Shown here in pieces: positions 46,950 through 58,418 of a stretch of 64,000 nucleotides of DNA. Every line of letters begins with the position of its first letter. Positions within the stretch are counted from its first letter, which is position 1. A program made the translations under genes and the position numbers. The notes under the pieces were generated by a model. The model saw only the letters and a program-made list of their open reading frames with translations. It was not told the DNA's origin and did no database searches. The stretch is from an uncultured Desulfobacterales bacterium (GTDB taxonomy: Bacteria > Desulfobacterota > Desulfobacteria > Desulfobacterales > C00003060), in assembly GCA_964502365.1 (NCBI GenBank), contig CAZCWQ010000002.1, positions 5,557 through 69,556 of the forward strand, given 5' to 3'.

Positions 46950-48740
46950 TTGCTTGATTCTCTTGGCAACATGAAACGAACCCACCACTGTTGTGAATTG
47001 ACGGCTGACGATGTGGGTAAAGAGGTAGTACTCATGGGCTGGGTGCAACGCCGTAGAGACCATGGGGGTGTGATTTTTGTAGACTTGCGGGACCGCGAAG
47101 GGCTGACCCAAGTGGTTTTTAACCCAGAGTTTAACAAAGCAGTTCATGACAAGGCGCAAGTCATCCGTAACGAGTTTGTCCTCGCAGCTCGGGGCACTGT
47201 CAAGCCGAGGCCCGAAGGCATGATCAACCCTAAGCTTAAGACCGGTGAAATTGATGTCATGGCCTCGGAGCTAAGGATACTGAATCACTCCCTAACACCA
47301 CCGTTCGTACTGGAAGATGATACGCAGGTGTCTGAAAACATACGTCTCAGGTACCGGTACATCGATATGCGCAGGCCCGGTCTGCAAGAAAACTTGATTC
47401 TTCGGCACCGGGCAGCCCAGGCGATTCGTTCCTACCTAAATGATTTAGGATTTCTGGACATTGAAACCCCTTTTTTGACCAAGAGCACACCGGAAGGGGC
47501 ACGGGACTACCTTGTGCCCAGCCGGCTCAATCCCGGGCAATTCTATGCACTGCCTCAGTCCCCCCAAATCTTTAAGCAACTCCTGATGCTGGCAGGATTT
47601 GACAAATACTACCAGATTGTTCGGTGCTTTCGAGACGAGGACCTTCGGGCAGACAGACAACCGGAGTTTACCCAAATCGATGTGGAGATGTCCTTTGTCA
47701 CAGAAGACGAAGTGATGGAAGTCACCGAGGGAATGATGGCCGCCCTGTTTGAAGAGACCCTTGACATAGAGCTTGAGCGTCCGTTCACGCGCCTGACGTA
47801 CGATGAAGCCACCGGCCGATTCGGCCTGGATAAGCCTGACCTTCGATTCGGCCTGGAGTTGAAGGATGTTTCTGACATTGTTGTAAACTCCGAGTTCAAG
47901 GCCTTTGCAGACGTGGCAAAGGCAGGAGGCCTGGTCAAGGCCTTAAATGCCAAAGGGTGTATCGACCTTTCCAGAAAAGAGATCGATGACCTCACACAAT
48001 TCGTGGCCATTTACAAGGCTAAAGGCCTGGCGTGGATCAAGGTGCGCCCTGATGGCTGGCAATCACCCATTGCCAAGTTTTTTACCGATTCTGAAAAGGT
48101 GTCTCTTGCCCAAAGGCTTGAAATGGAACTCGGCGACCTTGTGTTTTTTGTCGCCGATCAGGCCAAGGTGGCAAATGAAGCCCTGGGACACCTCCGAAAT
48201 CACCTAGGTCACAAACTCGGCTTGGTGGATGAGACCCAATACGATTTTGTGTGGGTAACCGAGTTTCCTCTCGTGGAATATGACGAGGATGAAAAACGGT
48301 ATGTGGCTGTGCACCACCCTTTCACCGCCCCCGTTGAAGATGACATGGAACGGATGACTGAAGACCCTCTTGCTGTCCGCTCACGAGCCTATGACCTTGT
48401 CCTGAACGGAGCAGAGATCGGCGGCGGCAGCATCCGCAACCATCAACATAAAGTTCAGGAAATGGTTTTTGAGGCCCTGGGTATCGACCGGGAAACCTTT
48501 GAGAAGAAGTTTGGTTTTATGCTAGAAGCCCTCAAGTTTGGAGCTCCTCCCCATGGCGGTATAGCGCTGGGCTTTGATAGACTGGTCATGCTGATGGCCA
48601 GACAATCCTCCATCCGTGACGTAATAGCCTTTCCGAAGACCCAGAAGGCAGCCTGTGTCCTTACTGGGGCCCCTTGCGAGGCATCGCCGGCACAGCTTCA
48701 AGAGCTTTCATTGAAGGTGCGAATCCCGAAGAACGAATAA
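46950..48740 (+). CDS. aspS: Aspartate--tRNA ligase
   Basis: It has an OB-fold N-terminus, the [11 protein letters not shown] and [18 protein letters not shown] motifs, the GAD insertion and GGGSIRNH. The TTG at 46950 has an AAAGGAG SD. The alternative ATG at 46971 (MKRTHHC) matches typical N-termini. Confidence 0.95.
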   Translation: MLDSLGNMKRTHHCCELTADDVGKEVVLMGWVQRRRDHGGVIFVDLRDREGLTQVVFNPEFNKAVHDKAQVIRNEFVLAARGTVKPRPEGMINPKLKTGEIDVMASELRILNHSLTPPFVLEDDTQVSENIRLRYRYIDMRRPGLQENLILRHRAAQAIRSYLNDLGFLDIETPFLTKSTPEGARDYLVPSRLNPGQFYALPQSPQIFKQLLMLAGFDKYYQIVRCFRDEDLRADRQPEFTQIDVEMSFVTEDEVMEVTEGMMAALFEETLDIELERPFTRLTYDEATGRFGLDKPDLRFGLELKDVSDIVVNSEFKAFADVAKAGGLVKALNAKGCIDLSRKEIDDLTQFVAIYKAKGLAWIKVRPDGWQSPIAKFFTDSEKVSLAQRLEMELGDLVFFVADQAKVANEALGHLRNHLGHKLGLVDETQYDFVWVTEFPLVEYDEDEKRYVAVHHPFTAPVEDDMERMTEDPLAVRSRAYDLVLNGAEIGGGSIRNHQHKVQEMVFEALGIDRETFEKKFGFMLEALKFGAPPHGGIALGFDRLVMLMARQSSIRDVIAFPKTQKAACVLTGAPCEASPAQLQELSLKVRIPKNE

Positions 48741-49102
48741 TTACGATTTCATCAATAATGGGAACACAACAAACAACATGGTAGGATTAGTGCAACTAAA
48801 CAAAAAAATCTTGACAGCGTACATGACTGGGTATAGCGTAACATATTAAAATACACAGTAATTGTGTCACATTGGACATATTTAAGCGATCTCTTCACCC
48901 TTGGCAAGACTTATAATCCTAGCCGAAAAAGACTGTGGATATTAAACTGTCGTTCTTGCATCTTGGGTATTACTCTCCATTAAGCAATTCTCTTGTCCAC
49001 AATCCCATTTCTTATTGAGAGGAGGTGAAATACAAGTAGTTCCAAGGGGACGAGGTTTCTCTGAATAACAAAAGTTTATTCGAAAGGAAGGTGAATGCGC
49101 AC

Positions 49103-52100
49103 ATGAAAGTAACACGCAGGCAATTCATGCAGATCTCTGGTGCAACGGCTGCCGGTCTTGCAATAAGCGGTCTGGGCTTTGACCTTTCGCCAGTGAGGTC
49201 ACACGCACAAATGCTCAAGACCAAGTATGCCAAAGAGACCACCACTATTTGTCCGTATTGTGCGGTCGGATGCGGTGCCATTGTACATACCAGCAACAAA
49301 GGCGACGGCCGTGTAATGAACATTGAGGGTGATCCGGACCATGTGATCAACCGTGGCTCGCTGTGCAGTAAAGGCGCAGCCCTGTCCGGACTGGCGGAAA
49401 ACACAAACAGGCTCCTTGACCCGATGTATAGAGCGCCTTATTCCAACGAGTGGAAGCAGGTGTCGTGGGATTGGGCCATGACGGAGATCGCCAAACGTGT
49501 CATGAAGACCCGGGACGCCACTTTTACCCAGAAAAATGGCAAGGGCCAGGTGGTCAACCGAACCACCGGTATTGTCTCTGTCGGAAGCGCTGCCTTAGAC
49601 AACGAAGAATGCTGGATTTACCAGGCCCTTATGCGGGCCTTGGGCCTTGTCTATATCGAACATCAGGCCCGTATCTGACACAGCGCCACTGTCGCGGCTC
49701 TGGCAGAGTCGTTCGGACGAGGTGCAATGACAAACCACTGGATCGACATCGGCAACAGCGACTGTATTCTTGTCATGGGAAGCAATGCTGCCGAGTGCCA
49801 TCCGATCTCGTTCAAGTACGTGGTCAATGCCATGAAAGAAGGGGCCAAGCTCATTAGTGTCGACCCCAGGTTTACCAGGACCTCCTCAAAGGCGGATATA
49901 TATGCGCCCTTGCGCTCGGGGACAGATATTGCCTTTCTGGGCGGAATGATCAAGTACATCCTGGACAACAAGCTCTACAATAAGGAGTATGTCCGTTCTT
50001 ATACGAATGCTCCTTTTATCGTTGGGAAGGCTTTTGGCTCTGGCATTAAAGACGGACTATTCGCAGGATACAACAAAAAGATCCGTTCCTACGACAAGAG
50101 CAAGTGGGCCTTTGAGATGGACAAGAACGGAGTCCCGAAAATGGATCGGAGCCTGAAGGATTCCCAATGCGTGTTTCAACTGTTGAAGGAACATTACAGC
50201 CGGTACGACACCGAGCTGGTTTCCAAGATCACGGGAACTCCGGAAGCCGACCTGAAGAAAGTCTATAAGACCTATGCAGCCACCGGCGCAACCGGCAAGG
50301 CGGCTACCATCATGTATGCCATGGGCTGGACCCAGCACACAGTGGGCACCCAGAACATCCGCGCCATGGCCATCATTCAACTGCTCCTGGGCAACATGGG
50401 GGTTGCTGGCGGAGGAGTGAATGCGCTTCGGGGTGAGTCCAATGTCCAGGGTTCTACGGACCACTGCCTGCTGTGGCACATTTGGCCCGGGTATCTCAAG
50501 ACTCCGAGGGCCTCGAACGTGTCTTTGGCGGCCTATAATGAAAAGTGGACACCCAAGAGCAATGATCCTTTGAGTGCCAACTGGTGGCAGAACTATCCGA
50601 AGTATTCGGTGAGCATGTTAAAATCGTTTTTTGGTGAAAATGCCGCACCTGATAACGACTTTGGATATGACTGGCTGCCCAAGGTGGACGACGGCAAAGC
50701 TTACTCGTGGCTTGACCTCTTTGATGAGATGTACAAGGGGACGGTGAGCGGCTTCTTTGCCTGGGGGCAAAACCCCGCGTGCAGCGGCGCTAACGCCGGC
50801 AAGAACCGCAAGGCCATGGCCAATCTGGATTGGATGGTCAATGTCAATCTCTTTGATAATGAGACCGGTTCGTTTTGGCACGGACCCGGGATGGACCCCA
50901 AGTCCATTAAAACAGAGGTCTTCATGCTTCCGGCCTGTGCGTCCGTCGAAAAGGAAGGCAGCATCACCAACAGCGGTCGTTGGATGCAGTGGCGATACCA
51001 GGGGCCAAAGCCCCTTGGCAACAGCAGGTCTGACGGCGACATGATGATGGAGCTTGGGTTCAAACTCAAAGAGCTTTATAAGAAGGGCGGCACGTTTCCC
51101 GAACCCATATTGAACCTCAAGTGGGACTACGTGACAGACGGCATGTATGATTCTCACAAGGTGGCCAAGGAGATCAACGGATATTTCCTGAAAGATGTAA
51201 CCATCAAGGGACAGTTGTATAAGAAGGGAACCCTGGTACCCAGCTTTGCTTTCTTGCAGGCTGACGGCTCCACCTCTTCAGGGAACTGGCTTTACTGCAA
51301 CAGTTACACGGAAAAGGGAAACATGGCTGCCCGGAGAAGCCAGGAAGATGCTGTAAACAAGATAGGGCTCTATCCAGCCTTTTCCTGGTGCTGGCCGGTA
51401 AATCGCAGAATCATCTACAACCGCGCCTCCGTCGACCTTAAGGGAGAACCGTGGGATAAGAAGGACTGGGTGATCCGGTGGAACGGGGAAAAATGGATCG
51501 GCGACGTGCCCGACGGCGGCTGGCCGCCTTTAGAGAGCCTGGAAAACCCCAACCCCAAGAGTAAGTGGGCTTTTATCATGAGGAAACACGGACACGCCCA
51601 GATTTTTGGCCCCGGCCTCGCAGACGGTCCATTCCCGGAACACTACGAACCGCTTGAGTGTCCGGTTGAAAAGAATCTTATGAACAAGCAGAGGATGAGT
51701 CCCACAGCCCCAGTCTACGGAACTGAGGCAGATGCGTACGCAACCTGCGATCCGAGATATCCCTTTGTGGGCACTACTTACCGCGTCGTGGAGCACTGGC
51801 AGACCGGTCTTCTGACCAGACCGCAGCCTTGGCTCCTTGAGATGCAGCCGCAGGTATTTGTGGAGATGAGCGAGGAGTTGGCAAAACTAAAGGGGATCAA
51901 GAACGGTGAGCGTGTATTGGCCACGTCCGCTCGTGGTTCCCTGGAGTGCACCGCGATCGTGACCAAGCGGTTCAAGCCTTTTAATATTGCAGGAAACACG
52001 GTTCATCAGGTGGGCTTCCCGTGGTGTTTTGGCTGGCGCTGGCCGGAAAATGGCAAGGAGGAAAGCGCCAATCTCTTGACGCCTTCAACCGGGGATCCGA

Positions 52101-52153
52101 ATACAAGAATCCCTGAGACCAAGGCCTTTATGTGCAATGTATCTAAAATATAG
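49103..52153 (+). CDS. fdnG: Formate dehydrogenase catalytic (alpha) subunit, periplasmic, selenocysteine-containing (UGA at 49676-49678)
   Basis: It has a Tat signal (RRQFMQISGATAAG) and an N-terminal 4Fe-4S motif (CPYCAVGCG). ORFs 49091-49678 and 49727-52153 are in the same frame. The joined sequence EHQARI-U-HSATVAAL is the canonical FDH Sec motif. Confidence 0.9.
49695..49711 (+). promoter_or_regulatory. SECIS-like hairpin downstream of the fdnG UGA
   Basis: CGGCUCU pairs with AGAGUCG (7 bp including one G-U) around the apical loop GGC. The hairpin starts 16 nt after the UGA. Confidence 0.5.
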
Positions 52154-52168
52154 AAGGAGGTGATCTGA

Positions 52169-52888
52169 ATGCCAGGCAAATCTTTTTTTGTGGATACTTC
52201 ACTGTGTACGGCGTGCAGGGGCTGCCAGGTCGCGTGCAAACAGTGGCACGGCCTGCCTGCAGAAATAACAATGAACCGTGGAACCTACCAAAACCCGGCG
52301 GATCTCTCCTTTGTGACATACAAACTTGTGAGGTTCGAAGAGGTGGTAGTGGACGGCAAGCTCAAGTGGCTCTTCTTTCCGGATCAGTGCCGGCACTGCT
52401 TGGAGCCGCCTTGTAAGATGACAGCCGATGATCCTAAAGCGATCTTCCAAGATCCGGCAACGGGGGCCGTAATCTACACGGCTAACACCAAACAACTCGA
52501 CAGCGAGGCTGTTATCGACTCGTGTCCGTATAACATCCCCCGAGCAGCCAAGGATGGAACCCTGGCCAAGTGCGACATGTGTATCGACCGGGTGGAAAAC
52601 GGGCTCGAGCCGGCCTGTGTGAAGACCTGCCCCACAGGGGCCATGAATTTTGGCGACCGGGAAGAGATCCTTGCGATGGCCAAGAAGCGTTTGTCAGTGG
52701 TGAAGAAGACGCAACCAAAGGCTCAACTTTTGGACTCTGATGACATTCGCGTCATTTATTTGGTCACTGAAACGCCGAACCTCTACTATAAGTTTGCTGT
52801 AGCCTCAAATTCGGCCTTTGACATATCAAGGGCGGTGGCTCTGAAGAGGCTTTTCAGGCCATTGAGCAGTTTGGCAGCAAACGTGTGA
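52169..52888 (+). CDS. fdnH: Formate dehydrogenase iron-sulfur (beta) subunit, 4Fe-4S ferredoxin type
   Basis: There are multiple Cys clusters (CTACRGCQVAC, CRHCLEPPC, CDMCIDR, CVKTCP). The SD AAGGAGG precedes the ATG. Confidence 0.85.
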   Translation: MPGKSFFVDTSLCTACRGCQVACKQWHGLPAEITMNRGTYQNPADLSFVTYKLVRFEEVVVDGKLKWLFFPDQCRHCLEPPCKMTADDPKAIFQDPATGAVIYTANTKQLDSEAVIDSCPYNIPRAAKDGTLAKCDMCIDRVENGLEPACVKTCPTGAMNFGDREEILAMAKKRLSVVKKTQPKAQLLDSDDIRVIYLVTETPNLYYKFAVASNSAFDISRAVALKRLFRPLSSLAANV

Positions 52889-52988
52889 ACGGCAAGGGCT
52901 TTTGACCAATAACCAAGAAGGGGAGAGGATCACTTGATCTTCTCCCCTTTTTGTGCTATGTCAAACTTGAAATAATAGGTGATATGGT

Positions 52989-53876
52989 ATGCTTGCAAAA
53001 GGATTAATGACCGCCGACAAAATTAAGCAGGCTGCAGCTGCTGTAAAGGCTTTGCGGCCTGCCTACGAAGGGCTCCTCGATTTTTATGAGAAACTTTTTT
53101 TGGCCCAGGAGGCCTCAAAGGAACAGACCCACACGGAACCTATCGATATTGCCGAAGATCTTCTTTCAGTCAAACAAGAAGAAAAGTTCCCCTTGATCAA
53201 CATGGCGGATTTTACTGTGGACATAAAGGCCTCCGAAGTATTGTTGAGGAAGATTTGCCGGTTTGCTCTTGACGCAAATGAGGTGTTGGCTGATGCTGGG
53301 CCGAAGATTGCAGATGCCCTGGACAAGGAAATGCTGGATTCTTCAGCCCTGTTTTCAAGCATCCTCAAGGAAGATGATACCTATCTGGACGATGTGGCAA
53401 GACGACTTCATGTGGACAAAAGAATCCTTACCTTTGCAGCTTACAGCAGCATCAAGCCCTCCCTTTGTATTTGTGCTGAACAGCTGGCCGCATATCTTGA
53501 CCAGGAGGCTACTTGGGAAAAGGGGTACTGTCCTATTTGCGGGAGCCCGCCGGCCCTGTCCATACTTCAGGGGGAAGGAGGGGAACGACACCTTCTTTGT
53601 AGCTTCTGTGGCCACGAGTGGCGGACATATAGGATATACTGTCCGTTCTGCGAAAACAGGGATCAAAAGACATTGCACTATTTTTTTGGCGAACAGGAAA
53701 AAGACTACCGCGTAGACGTGTGTGATAAGTGCAAGAAGTATATCAAGACGATCGATGTGAGGCAGATGAAGCACCCTGTGTATCCTTTCATAGAGCAGAT
53801 TTGCACTTTACACCTCGATATGATGGCCCAAGAGCAAGGCCTTGAAAGCGGCATTCCCCTATGGCTCCAAACATAG
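52989..53876 (+). CDS. fdhE: Formate dehydrogenase accessory protein FdhE
   Basis: It has paired CxxC motifs (CPICGS, CSFCGHEW, CPFCEN, CDKCKKY) in the FdhE arrangement and sits within the fdh operon. Confidence 0.8.
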   Translation: MLAKGLMTADKIKQAAAAVKALRPAYEGLLDFYEKLFLAQEASKEQTHTEPIDIAEDLLSVKQEEKFPLINMADFTVDIKASEVLLRKICRFALDANEVLADAGPKIADALDKEMLDSSALFSSILKEDDTYLDDVARRLHVDKRILTFAAYSSIKPSLCICAEQLAAYLDQEATWEKGYCPICGSPPALSILQGEGGERHLLCSFCGHEWRTYRIYCPFCENRDQKTLHYFFGEQEKDYRVDVCDKCKKYIKTIDVRQMKHPVYPFIEQICTLHLDMMAQEQGLESGIPLWLQT

Positions 53877-54844
53877 ATAATTACAACCGCAGGATCACCT
53901 ACCTCAGGGTCTCAGTCACAGACAGATGTAACCTGCGCTGCATGTACTGCCTGCCTGTAAAAGACCTGAAGCTCATGAATCACAGAGACATCCTGAGCTA
54001 CGAAGAGATCCTGACTGTTATTCAGGCGGCAGCTGAGGTGGGCATTAAGAAAGTGCGTCTCACAGGCGGGGAACCCTTGGTCCGCAAAAACTTTGTGCAC
54101 CTTGTCTCGTCTGTGTGCCGGATAACCGGTCTCGAAGATGTGAGCATTACCACAAATGGTGTGCTTTTATCTGAAAAGGCCCAGGAGGTCTTTGATGCCG
54201 GTGTTCATCGTATCAATGTAAGCCTGGATACGCTGAACGCTGCGAAATATGCCGAGATTACTGGGCGTGATTGCTTTGATAATGTTTGGGAAGGGCTTCA
54301 AACGGCTGAAGCCGTGGGGTTTTCTCCTATCAAGGTAAATGTGGTAGCCATGAAGGGCATAAATGATGACGAAGTCCTCCGGTTCGGCAAGCTCTCTGTG
54401 CAGAGGCCGTATCACGTTCGTTTCATCGAGTATATGCCTGTGGGACACGATAGCCTGTGGGGACCCGAGAAATACATCTCTTCAGATGAGATCAGATCCA
54501 ATCTGGAGTCCCTCGGTCGTCTCCAGCAGATACCCCGTCTTTCAGGGGACGGGCCTGCCAAGCGGTATCGCTTTGAATCAGCCAAGGGTGAAATAGGTTT
54601 TATCAGCGCCATGAGCCGCCATTTTTGTCCTTCCTGTAACAGGCTCAGGCTTACTGCTGACGGTAGACTCCGGCCCTGCCTCTTTGCCGATGACGAGGTG
54701 GACATCCTCGGCCCCCTCAGAAAAGGATGCGGCTCAGAAGATCTTAAGGCACTGTTTCGACAAGCCATTGCCAGGAAACCCAAGGAGCATCATGCCGACG
54801 CTGGAAAGGGGGGCATACGCCCCATGTCAGCCATTGGAGGATAG
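53861..54844 (+). CDS. moaA: GTP 3',8-cyclase MoaA (molybdenum cofactor biosynthesis, radical SAM)
   Basis: The sequences YLRVSVTDRCNLRCMYC, LTGGEPL and the C-terminal CxxCNRLRLTADG motif are present. Confidence 0.9.
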   Translation: MAPNIDNYNRRITYLRVSVTDRCNLRCMYCLPVKDLKLMNHRDILSYEEILTVIQAAAEVGIKKVRLTGGEPLVRKNFVHLVSSVCRITGLEDVSITTNGVLLSEKAQEVFDAGVHRINVSLDTLNAAKYAEITGRDCFDNVWEGLQTAEAVGFSPIKVNVVAMKGINDDEVLRFGKLSVQRPYHVRFIEYMPVGHDSLWGPEKYISSDEIRSNLESLGRLQQIPRLSGDGPAKRYRFESAKGEIGFISAMSRHFCPSCNRLRLTADGRLRPCLFADDEVDILGPLRKGCGSEDLKALFRQAIARKPKEHHADAGKGGIRPMSAIGG

Positions 54845-54852
54845 AACGGTTT

Positions 54853-55113
54853 ATGGAATGTCCTGATTGCCATTGTGAGTTGCCATCCAGAGAATGCACG
54901 CAGTGTGGCGAAAATATCCCTGTTTTCGGCAAGTTCTGCTGCTACTGCGGATCAGCCGTTCCAGAACCCAATAGCACAGAGCCCGTTGAAGATGGAATCG
55001 ACTTTTCCAAGCGTGTCCTGTGTAGTGACGGCAGTTGCATAGGCGTCATCAACAAACACGGCGTTTGCAGTGAATGTGGAAAGCCTTACACGGGAGAGGT
55101 GGAGCAAGCATAG
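54853..55113 (+). CDS. Small double zinc-ribbon protein
   Basis: 86 aa with the pairs CPDC...CTQC, CCYC and C...C...CSEC. The function is unknown. Confidence 0.55.
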   Translation: MECPDCHCELPSRECTQCGENIPVFGKFCCYCGSAVPEPNSTEPVEDGIDFSKRVLCSDGSCIGVINKHGVCSECGKPYTGEVEQA

Positions 55114-55166
55114 ATTTGAGACTAATGTAGGAGCCCGCATAAAATCGCGGAGCGATTCTATTCTAT

Positions 55167-55535
55167 ATGTACGAACTAAAGGTCATCACCCACTTTTCTG
55201 CTGCCCACCAGCTCAAGGATTTTCATGGTGCGTGTGAAGATCTGCACGGCCATAACTGGAAGGTCGAAGTCTATGTTACCTCAAATTACCTGGACAAAGC
55301 AGGTGTGGCCATCGACTTCAGAAGCCTTAAGAAACATGTGAATACCGTCTTGGGAACACTGGATCATAAGTTTCTGAACGACCTTGCTCCTTTCAAGAAC
55401 CAGAACCCCTCGTCAGAAAACATCGCCCGATATGTGGCCGTGCAACTGTCTTTATCTCTGGAAGGCCAAGATGTGAAGGTGAGCCGTGTCACTGCATGGG
55501 AGTCTGAATCAGCCTGCGCCACATACTATCCGTAA
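55167..55535 (+). CDS. queD: 6-carboxy-5,6,7,8-tetrahydropterin synthase (PTPS family)
   Basis: The sequence FSAAHQL...CEDLHGHNWKVEV...LDHKFLND is the typical QueD/PTPS pattern. Confidence 0.85.
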   Translation: MYELKVITHFSAAHQLKDFHGACEDLHGHNWKVEVYVTSNYLDKAGVAIDFRSLKKHVNTVLGTLDHKFLNDLAPFKNQNPSSENIARYVAVQLSLSLEGQDVKVSRVTAWESESACATYYP

Positions 55536-55541
55536 CGTTCT

Positions 55542-55823
55542 CTACCCCAAGCCGTCCTTGAACGTCTGCCAGTTGATCAGCATGTCAGCCATGCCATGGT
55601 AGATCAAGCGGGTCTCCGGAGTCAAGCAGCCCAGCCTTTTTATGGTCTCCTTTGCCAGTCTTTGAAGCTCCTCAATCTTCTTGTCAGCCTCCCGAATATC
55701 ATCACTGACATCTGCCCCAGCTTCGAGTTTCTGCTTGAACCTCTCAGGCCAAGCCTTGGCATTTGAAAGGTCTTCGAGGAGCTGCCTAATGGGATCATCT
55801 ACGGAGATCATACAACACAGCAT
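55542..55823 (-). CDS. Hypothetical small protein (about 90 aa, helical)
   Basis: The ORF is convergent with queD and I recognise no family. The start is uncertain (MLCCM or MISVDD). Confidence 0.35.
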   Translation of the reverse strand: MLCCMISVDDPIRQLLEDLSNAKAWPERFKQKLEAGADVSDDIREADKKIEELQRLAKETIKRLGCLTPETRLIYHGMADMLINWQTFKDGLG

Positions 55824-55985
55824 AATTTAAGCTGAAAATCCGGTCAATTTCCTCAGAACAGACAAACATTTATCAAGCCTGGTCGCAACCTTCTGGAGCG
55901 AATTGTTGGATTTGGATATTCCAAGTAGCAAAAATATAAGTATGACCCGTTTTCATTGAAGATCCCAACTGTCGGATAGATCCGC

Positions 55986-58280
55986 TTAACCCATCACCTT
56001 TTTGATGATGGATTTCACAGCGCCTTCATAACGCCTTACGATCATGACGGGAGTCTTTGAGTAACGCGCAACTTTCTCGGGAATCTCGCCGAACAGGACA
56101 CCGGAGAACACACCTTCTCTGGATGCTCCCAAGACGATCAAGTCGTAATCTGCCGCTATCTTTATCAACGATGTGGCAACTCTTTTACCCTCGACAAGAC
56201 GCATCTCTGTCTTATCCGCTAGACCTGCCAGGCGAATAGTCTTCTGAATCCACTGGTATGCCATTTCGCGTTTATGTTCGTCGGCATCGGGACTTACCAC
56301 ATAACAAGATGTGACATCGTATCCGTAGGCATCACGATATATTCCAACATATTCAGCAGCAAGCGTAGCATGCGGGCCACCGGCCGTGGGGATCAATATG
56401 CGCTGAATCGGACGGTCTCCCATCAGCTTGACGGCAATCAAATCACAGGGCGCGTGTCGGATTGCTTTATCCATCACTTCTCCCATAATCCGATCCCGCG
56501 TTGTTGAATAGCCTTTCCAGCCCATAAGAACCAGCGTCGCCTTTTCTGCTATGGCCGCATGAACGATGCCGTCCCAGGTCTGATGCGCAATGCGGATTGC
56601 TGAACGGGTTTCCACTCCCTGTTCTTTACCGTATTGGATCGCCTTTCTCAAAAGCGGAGTTTTGTGGTGGACAAATCTCATGCCTTCATGAGGAGGAATG
56701 TTGATCGGAATATCGATCACGCCGAGCACGACAATTTCACCCTGATACACCTTTGCGATCGGCACGGCCAATCTCATCAATGGTACGACATGGTCTGGGT
56801 TATGAAGCGGAACTAGAATGCGATAAGAATAAGTACTTGCACTCTTGGGCTGCTGAACTTCCAGCACTTGCGGCATATCCACAGCCGTAACCTTCTCAAA
56901 GTAAATGAAATAGACAAATAATCCCCCAATGATCCACGCGATTGCTATGTACCAGGCCCTTTGATCGAAATTGAACTGGTAGATCGCCAAAAACATATTG
57001 AGTATGATCGCCGCGATTGGAGTTACCGGATACAAAGGAACGCGGAACCCTCCTTTGAGCTCGGGAAACTTGCGGCGAAGCGCAATGAGAGACAGGTTAA
57101 CCAGGGTAAATGCGAGCAGGAACATGACACTGGCCGCAGACCCGATGACTTGAATCGGAAAAAGCAATGCCATAACGAGCACAATGGCCCCTGTAACCCC
57201 AATAGCAATGTGTGGAGTTCGACGTTTTGAATGGATCGCACTGAGGCTCAGCGGCAGCATCTTGTCGCGACTCATGGAAAAAGCTACCCGGGACGAGGCC
57301 AGAATCGTTGCGTTCAACGCCGAAACTGTGGAAAGCAGACCGCCGAAGATGATGAGTGCAACCCCCAAGGACGGCATGAAACTTTCAGCGGCCTTGGCGA
57401 TGGCGGTTTCCTGGTAGCGTCCGAGAAATTCCCATGATGTGCCCGACTCCGGTTGAATTGCGCCGATACAGACAAGCACGATCATAAGGTAGATGAACAC
57501 GGTGACGATTAGTGAGATCAACGTGGCCCTGGGAATGGTTTTTTCAGGCGCCTTTATCTCTTCGGCGACGGTAGCAATCAGGTCATAGCCTTCAAAGGCG
57601 ATGAATGTTAGCCCCATAGCGATAACAACGCCGCCGACACGTTTCGGCATAAAAGGGGTGAAATTGGTCAGCGCAACACCCGGAACGTCAAATATCCGCT
57701 TCAGTCCAAACAGTATAAAGATACCCAGAATAATAATCTTGGCCATGGTTATTATGTTTTCAACACTACCGGTCAAAGCCGTGCCCCTCATGTTGATGAG
57801 AATGAAAACAACGCTGACCACTGCTGTTATCATCAGTGCAGGGGCTTGGTGACCCGCGAGGTCAAAAACAGAATTGGCGATGGGAGAAAAATAGCTTTGA
57901 ATGAATTCCCAGAAATAGCTGCCAAACCCGAGGGCATAGAGCGCACACGCAATGATGTAGCAAAACCACAGCATCCAACCAGCGGCGAATCCTGCCGGAC
58001 CTGGAAACGCCTTTGCGATATAGGAATAGCCGCCTCCCGATTTTGGGTAGACCGAAGCCAGTTCCGCGTATGAGAATGCTGTCAGCAAGGTTACCAGACC
58101 GTTGAGGGCAAACGCCACAAGAGCGGCAGGGCCCGCTTCGCCGGCTGCGATGCCTGTGAGCACAAAAATTCCGGCGCCGATCATGGCGCCGATGCCAATC
58201 ATGGTCGCATCGAACAGGCCGAGGTTTCGGGCAAAAGATACCTCAACCTCTTCAGCTGAATTTTTTATCGGTGTCTGCAT
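55986..58280 (-). CDS. APC-family amino acid permease fused to two C-terminal universal stress protein (Usp) domains
   Basis: The N-terminal about 440 aa has 12 TM helices with FSYAELASVYPKSGGGYSY. The C-terminal about 300 aa carries two Usp-like modules (ILVPLHNP...LVLMGWKG; ILIPTAGGPH...LIVLGASREG...PVMIV). Confidence 0.85.
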   Translation of the reverse strand: MQTPIKNSAEEVEVSFARNLGLFDATMIGIGAMIGAGIFVLTGIAAGEAGPAALVAFALNGLVTLLTAFSYAELASVYPKSGGGYSYIAKAFPGPAGFAAGWMLWFCYIIACALYALGFGSYFWEFIQSYFSPIANSVFDLAGHQAPALMITAVVSVVFILINMRGTALTGSVENIITMAKIIILGIFILFGLKRIFDVPGVALTNFTPFMPKRVGGVVIAMGLTFIAFEGYDLIATVAEEIKAPEKTIPRATLISLIVTVFIYLMIVLVCIGAIQPESGTSWEFLGRYQETAIAKAAESFMPSLGVALIIFGGLLSTVSALNATILASSRVAFSMSRDKMLPLSLSAIHSKRRTPHIAIGVTGAIVLVMALLFPIQVIGSAASVMFLLAFTLVNLSLIALRRKFPELKGGFRVPLYPVTPIAAIILNMFLAIYQFNFDQRAWYIAIAWIIGGLFVYFIYFEKVTAVDMPQVLEVQQPKSASTYSYRILVPLHNPDHVVPLMRLAVPIAKVYQGEIVVLGVIDIPINIPPHEGMRFVHHKTPLLRKAIQYGKEQGVETRSAIRIAHQTWDGIVHAAIAEKATLVLMGWKGYSTTRDRIMGEVMDKAIRHAPCDLIAVKLMGDRPIQRILIPTAGGPHATLAAEYVGIYRDAYGYDVTSCYVVSPDADEHKREMAYQWIQKTIRLAGLADKTEMRLVEGKRVATSLIKIAADYDLIVLGASREGVFSGVLFGEIPEKVARYSKTPVMIVRRYEGAVKSIIKKVMG

Positions 58281-58418
58281 CGGTTTCTATCCCATTTTCT
58301 AAATCGGACAAATCCGCTCGCAAAAACCAGCGCCTCTGCATTTTTCTTTATCGGCTACGATCTTCAAGAACCTGTCTTCATACAAACCATTATTGGACGG
58401 CAGTTTTTGGTTATGATC

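Noticed and set aside
48811-49090. A sigma54-type promoter (TTGGCAAGACTTATAAT) and CRP/FNR-like palindromes (ACACAGTAATTGTGT, TGTGTCACA) in the 350-nt fdnG leader.
   Set aside because: The -12 element (TTGC) is absent. The palindromes have the wrong half-site orientation and spacing for TGTGA-N6-TCACA. This is not enough to call a site, and a TTGACA-N17-TAGCGT sigma70-like box at 48811-48839 is equally plausible.
49091-49857. Treating 49091-49678 and 49727-52153 as two separate genes, and the overlapping 135-aa ORF 49450-49857 as a gene.
   Set aside because: The two pieces share a frame across a TGA at the canonical FDH selenocysteine position. The 135-aa ORF is an out-of-frame shadow of fdnG.
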